This document shows, one piece after another, positions 58,701 through 64,000 of a stretch of DNA of 64,000 nt. The notes under the pieces are model-generated. The model searched no databases and was not told the origin of the DNA. It saw nothing but the letters and a program-made list of their open reading frames with translations. Each line of letters starts with the position of its first letter. Within the stretch, counting starts at the first letter, position 1. The position numbers were made by a program, and so were the translations under genes. The stretch comes from an uncultured Acidobacteriota bacterium (lineage in GTDB: Bacteria; Acidobacteriota; Terriglobia; UBA7540): assembly GCA_963804995.1 (NCBI GenBank), contig CAWDSK010000006.1, positions 928,001 through 992,000 of the forward strand, in the 5' to 3' direction.

Positions 58701-61700
58701 ATGGAAAAGAAATTAAGGGCTTTATTCTTCGTCGCCCTCGTGGCAGCGGTCCTGGGGACCGCCCTATCTTCGTGGGCTGACGTAACCGGATCAATCTTGG
58801 GAACCGTAACAGATCCTACCGGAGCCGTGGTTCCTGGGGCGCAGGTGACGCTGCGTAATGCTGATACCGGCGCGATCCGAAAAACCACCACGGACCCTCA
58901 GGGAAGCTATCAATACCTTTCGGTTCCCGTGGGTGAAAACTACGCCGTGGAAGTTGAGGCAGCCGGCTTTCAAAAGGCCGAACAAACCGGAATCAAACTT
59001 CTGGTTAACCAGAATTTCCGTGCCGATTTCCATCTCCGCGTGGGCGCCGTAACGCAGGAGGTCAATGTTTCAGCGCAGGCGGTCCAGGCGGAGACAACGA
59101 GCACCCAGCTCGGCGATGTTATCGAGAATACCAAAATGAACAACCTGCCCCTCAACGGGCGGAGTTACACCGACCTGCTGGGCCTGCAAGCGGGCGTCGC
59201 CCCGGTCCAATCCAGCGCCCAAGAGGCCAACCGTTCTACTTCCGGGAATCTCAACCCCGGCACGGTTTCGGTCAATGGGGAACGTGAGTCCGCCAACTCC
59301 TTCCTGGTTAATGGGGGCGATGTGGAAGAAGGCCTCGACCAGGGCGCTTCCATTATTCCCACGCTGGATTCTATTCAAGAGTTCCGCCTCCTGACCAACT
59401 CTTTTGATGCGGAATATGGAAAATTCGCCGGGGCCATTGTTAACGTGCTCACGAAATCGGGAACGAACAGTTTCCATGGCACCGTCTTCAAGTTTCTCCG
59501 CAACGAAAAGTTGGATGCGCGTAACTTTTTCGATTTGAACCAGGCCAACATTGTCACGGGTCAGGAGATACCGGGATCGGCGCTGGGGGCCTTCCGGCGC
59601 AATCAGTTCGGCGGGGCCGGGGGCGGGCCAATCCTTAAGAACCGTCTCTTCTTCTTCCTGGACTTCCAGGGGACACGGGAAGTACGCGGGGTATCATCCG
59701 GCAATATTAATGTGGCCTCCCCTTTGGAGCGGGAGGGCAATTTTTCGGAACGTCGGCACTACAAATTTCAATCCCTTGACGGGCGTCGTCCGTGGCGATA
59801 ACGCTCCCGGCGATTTCGCTCAGGCGCTGACCACCCGGCTGGGATATGCGGTGTCGGCGAATGAACCCTATTGGTTTTCCGGTTGCACCACAACCACCCA
59901 ATGTGTCTTTCCGGGCCAGGTGATTCCACAAAGTGGTTGGTCTTCGGCCGCCAAAGGTCTGTTGCAATTCGTTCCGTTGCCCGTGGGCAATTTGGGTGGG
60001 ACACCCTTCTTTTCCACCAGCGCCAACAAGTCAACCGTGGTCGACAACAAGGGCGCCGCACGCATCGACTTCAACACGCAGCGGATGGGAACCTGGTCCG
60101 CTTATTACCACATGGATAATGCCAATGTCCTTCTTCCTTACGCCTCCGCGGTGGGCAATGGCGCCAATGCGCCGGGATTCCCGGCCATCACACCCTCGCG
60201 GGCCCAGCAGTTCAACTTGAGCAACACTCGCAATTTCGGTGGCTCGATGGTGAATGAAGCGCGTATTAACTACACGCGTGAGGCATTGATCTGGGACAAG
60301 CCGAATGGAGGGCTCGGTAGCCTATCCAGCTATGGTTTCCTCAAGGGCGGACTGGGCATCAATCCTACGGTTCCGGCCTATGAGGGCTCCCCCACCGTCA
60401 GTTTAAATCTCATGGGGCTCACCTGGGGCGTGCCCGAGGGCACCACCGGCCAATACAACAACACTTTTCAAATCTCTGACAACTTTTCCAAGATCGTAGG
60501 CCGGCACACCCTCAAGTTCGGCGGCGACGGCCGCTACCTCCAGATCAACGAGCGCAATACTTATACCGAAAATGGTTACTATCAATTCAGCGGCGGGGAA
60601 ACCGGCAACGATTTTGCGGATTACCTGCTGGGCGCGCCCGATTTCTTTAATCAGACGAGCCAGCAGTTCCTGGATTCCCGCACCCGGTATTACGGGTTCT
60701 ATGCCCAAGACACGTATAAGATCAAGCCCAGCCTGACGCTCAATTACGGCCTGCGCTGGGAAGTCAGCGAACCTTTCTACGATTCCGAGAATAAGATCAT
60801 GACGATTCAGCCGGGCGTGCAATCGCACGTTTACCCGGATGCCCCCACGGGCCTTGCGTATCCGACTGATGACAATCTCCCCCGCGGTATGGCCCCCACT
60901 GGGTACCACAACTGGGGTCCACGGGTGGGCCTGGCGTATTCCCCAACGTCCACCAGCGGACTGCTCGGCAAGCTCTTCGGGGGGCCGGGCAAGACCAGCA
61001 TTCGCGCTGCCTTCGGGATTTACCACACGTCGGTCGAAGACGAGACTCTGTTCTGGGTGGTCGGAAACCCACCGTTCGGGCTCTGGTATGTAAGCCCCAC
61101 TCTGGTGTACATGGAGGAGCCTTACAAAGACCGTCTGCGCAACAACGATCCCGGGCAGCGTTTCCCGTACGCTATCCCTGCCCCGGGATCAAACGTTAGT
61201 TTCAACGATTTGCTTCCCATCAGCTTTGTCCAATTTACCGCGCCCAATAACACCTTGCCCATCTCCGAACATTTCAATTTCAACATCCAGCGCGAAATCA
61301 AGAACTCCGCGGTTTTGACCGTGGGCTACGTGGGCACCCAAGGGCATCACTTACCCGCCCTCCATTCGATGAATCCCGGTAATCCCGCCCTCTGCCTGCA
61401 TATTGCGGCTCTCTATGCTGGCGCCGGCCAGGCAGGACAAGGGTGTGGGCCCTATGGCGAGGATTCCATCTACCAAATCGACGGCCAAACTTTTAATGGG
61501 ACCCGGCCCTTCTCGGTGACCTCCGGGCGTGCCCTGGATCTGGGCCGGTTGGATTTTGGGGAGGACGATTACTTTTCCACCCTATCGAACTCCGATTACA
61601 ACGCCCTGCAAGTCACTCTGGAAAAGAAAGTCGGTCCCCTACGCTTCCTCACCGCCTACACCTGGTCAAAATCGCTCGATAACGGCTCAGGGACCACCGA

Positions 61701-62292
61701 GTTCATCAACCCCTACAACCCACATCTCAGTAGGGCCATTTCGGCATTTGACATGACCCAGAATTTCGTGACCAGTTATACCTACGACCTACCCTTTCAA
61801 CGCATGACCAGTTCCTCCCCGGCCGTGGTCCGTAAGCTCCTGGAAGGTTGGGCACTGACCGGGATCACACGCTTTGCCACCGGCCAGCCGGTTAACATCA
61901 TGCAGAGTGGGGACTTGTCTCTCTGTAATTGCTCAACCTCTGATTACCCCAATTGGACCGGTACGCCGGTGCAATTCTCCAATCCGCGATCTTCGTCCAG
62001 ACACCAGTACTTCTCCTCGGACCCCTTCTTCTCGGAGGTCCTGGGAGTGGGAGGCGACGCAGGTCGGCGATTCTTCCACGGGCCAGGGCTCAACAACTGG
62101 GATATGGCCCTTCACAAGAGCACCCACATCTCGGAAAGGGTTTCGCTAGAATTCCGGGCTGAGTTCTTTAACATCTTCAACCATGCGCAATTCAACAATC
62201 CGGTGGGCGATTTTGCCTCGTCGTCTTTCGGTTTGGTCACCAGCGCTCGCGACCCTCGAATCGGGCAGATGGCCTTGAAGCTCCATTTCTAG
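58701..62292 (+). CDS. TonB-dependent receptor, Oar-like, copy 2; frameshift near 59749
   Basis: Highly similar to copy 1. ORFs 58479-59801 and 59551-62292 join if one A is removed from TCGGAACGTC (giving S-D-V, matching TDV in copy 1). Confidence 0.9.
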
Positions 62293-62507
62293 GCTTCTCG
62301 ATTCGGCAAGCGAGGAGGTGTGATAGTTCTTACGGTTAGTTAGGCAAGAACCTGGCAGGCTGATGAAAGACAACGTAGCGGCGGGGCTGCTTTGGTTTGC
62401 AAGTACAAGCAAGTGAGCTAGTCCCCAAAGCGGCCCGACCCACCTATCCCATCAGGCTTCCGCAATCAACGTTAAGGGATGAAAGGGCAGGGCTTCATAG
62501 TTCGCGC

Positions 62508-63659
62508 TTAATGCGTGGAGAATCTATAGACGGTGGTGGACTGATAGGTTTGGCCCGGCCGTAGAATCGTGGAGGGGAAACCTGGCAGGTTGGGTGAATT
62601 CGGATAATGCTGGGTTTCCAAACAGAAGGCAGGCCGTTGTTTGTACACATGCCCCCGTTTGCCGGTGACGGGCTCGTCCGTAAAATCGCCCGTATAAAAC
62701 TGCACGCCCGGCTCCGTAGTATAAACTTCCATGACGCGGCCGGAAGTTGGCTCATAGACTCGCGCCGCGAGCGTCAAACCTGAACCCTGCCGGTTGATCA
62801 CGAAATTGTGATCGTAGCCGCCCCCCAAAACCACTTGCTCATGCTTGGAATTGATCCGGGCCCCAATGGCGGTGGGCTGGGTGAAATCGAGCGGCGTCCC
62901 TTTTACGGTCGAGATGCCGCCGGTGGGGAGCAGCGTCTTGCTGATCGGTGTGAAGCGGTTGGCGTTGAGCATTAGCACGTGCCCCAGGATGTCTCCGTTT
63001 CCCTCTCCGGCCAGGTTGAAATAACTGTGATTCGTGAGGTTGAGGGGAGTGGCCTTGTCCGTCGTGGCGTGATAGTTGATGGCGAGTTCGTTCTTTTCGT
63101 CGAGCCTATAGGTGACGGTCACCTGCAGGGTGCCCGGGTAGCCCTCTTCGCCGTCGACGCTCGTGTACTTCAGGATCAGGCTGGCCTCGCCCGCATTCTC
63201 GACGGGTTCGGCGTGCCATACGACCTTGTCAAAACCCTTGATACCGCCGTGCAGGCTGTTGGGACCGTCGTTTTTCGCCAGCGCGTATTCCTTGCCGTCC
63301 AGGGTGAACTTGGCGTTGGCGATGAGGTTCACGTAACGCCCGACGGTCGCCCCAAAATAGGCATTGCTGCCGAGGTAGCCGCCCAGCTTGTCAAATCCCA
63401 ACACCACATCAGCGCATTGGCCCTGCTTGTCGGGGACTCGCAAGGCAACGATGGTTCCACCATAGGTCATCACGCGAACTTCCATGCCCTGCTGGTTCTT
63501 CAAAGTGTAAAGCTCGACCGACTTCCCGTCGCGTGCGGTCCCAAAGGCTTGTTTGTTGATCAACTTTGTACTCGGTTGAGAGGATAAGACCGCAGAAGCG
63601 GTCCAGAAGAAAGAGAACACCAGGCACCAGGAAAGTGAAACACAAACGCGGCGAAGCAT
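62508..63659 (-). CDS. galM: Aldose 1-epimerase (galactose mutarotase) with signal peptide
   Basis: DVVLGFD, SLHGG, GEEGYPG, NHSYFNL, GYDHNF, CLETQHYP. Likely start is ATG 63659 (GGAG RBS). Confidence 0.92.
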   Translation of the reverse strand: MLRRVCVSLSWCLVFSFFWTASAVLSSQPSTKLINKQAFGTARDGKSVELYTLKNQQGMEVRVMTYGGTIVALRVPDKQGQCADVVLGFDKLGGYLGSNAYFGATVGRYVNLIANAKFTLDGKEYALAKNDGPNSLHGGIKGFDKVVWHAEPVENAGEASLILKYTSVDGEEGYPGTLQVTVTYRLDEKNELAINYHATTDKATPLNLTNHSYFNLAGEGNGDILGHVLMLNANRFTPISKTLLPTGGISTVKGTPLDFTQPTAIGARINSKHEQVVLGGGYDHNFVINRQGSGLTLAARVYEPTSGRVMEVYTTEPGVQFYTGDFTDEPVTGKRGHVYKQRPAFCLETQHYPNSPNLPGFPSTILRPGQTYQSTTVYRFSTH

Positions 63660-64000
63660 AGAGGCTCCGTTGATTCTTGATTCACCAGGAATCGGTTGGT
63701 GCGCATGCCTTGACATATCGCCGCGGGTTCTGAGAACACGTTCAGAGTGAGCCGGAATTCCCTCTTGGCTTTTCCGCCGTGCAGAGTATACACCGTTTGC
63801 TTCCCAGCGAACATTTAGAGCGGAGTCAGTAGCACAGCGCGGGGAAATCGCACGTAAAAAGTCATAGGAAGAAAACGCATGAAGGTGGGGAATTTGGTGG
63901 CGACTAGCCCGCGATACCTCGCTAATCGCAACTAGAGGGACATGTCCCACTTACGGCTCCAGGGGGGTCTGCCAAGCCTTGTCCCACTAACTTGCCCCGG

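Noticed and set aside
63660..63950. 97-aa N-terminal extension of GalM
   Set aside because: The signal peptide and RBS fit ATG 63659.

Overview
GC-rich bacterial window, probably Acidobacteriota/Terriglobia (inferred from gene families, not proven). In order: (1) the end of an MNIO (DUF692) RiPP-type operon with a signal-peptide-bearing, 8-Cys bufferin-like precursor and the start of a probable DUF2063 partner; (2) an S53 peptidase, an FGE-sulfatase/PEGA protein and an Smr protein; (3) a Tad/Flp pilus operon (flp, cpaA, cpaB, cpaC, cpaE, cpaF, tadB, tadC) followed by a 31-aa membrane peptide missed by the ORF track and DUF192; (4) a divergent glycosylation island with a DPM1-like GT2, a UDP-galactopyranose-mutase-like flavoprotein and six GT-C-type membrane proteins, plus three more paralogues at 37.7-42.6 kb; (5) an FAD oxidoreductase, a Ser/Thr kinase, a FecR/DUF6600 protein, a glycoside-hydrolase-like protein and a Gfo/Idh/MocA oxidoreductase; (6) a PilB/GspE ATPase with PilV/W/X-like minor pilins; (7) a TPR protein, two tandemly duplicated Oar-like TonB-dependent receptors and an exported aldose 1-epimerase. 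Intergenic DNA is rich in REP/REPIN and MITE-like palindromes. Four single-base frameshifts may be assembly errors. Best candidates for undescribed biology are the pilus-linked multi-GT-C glycosylation system and the MNIO/Cys-rich precursor locus. All calls come from motifs read by eye; no searches were run.
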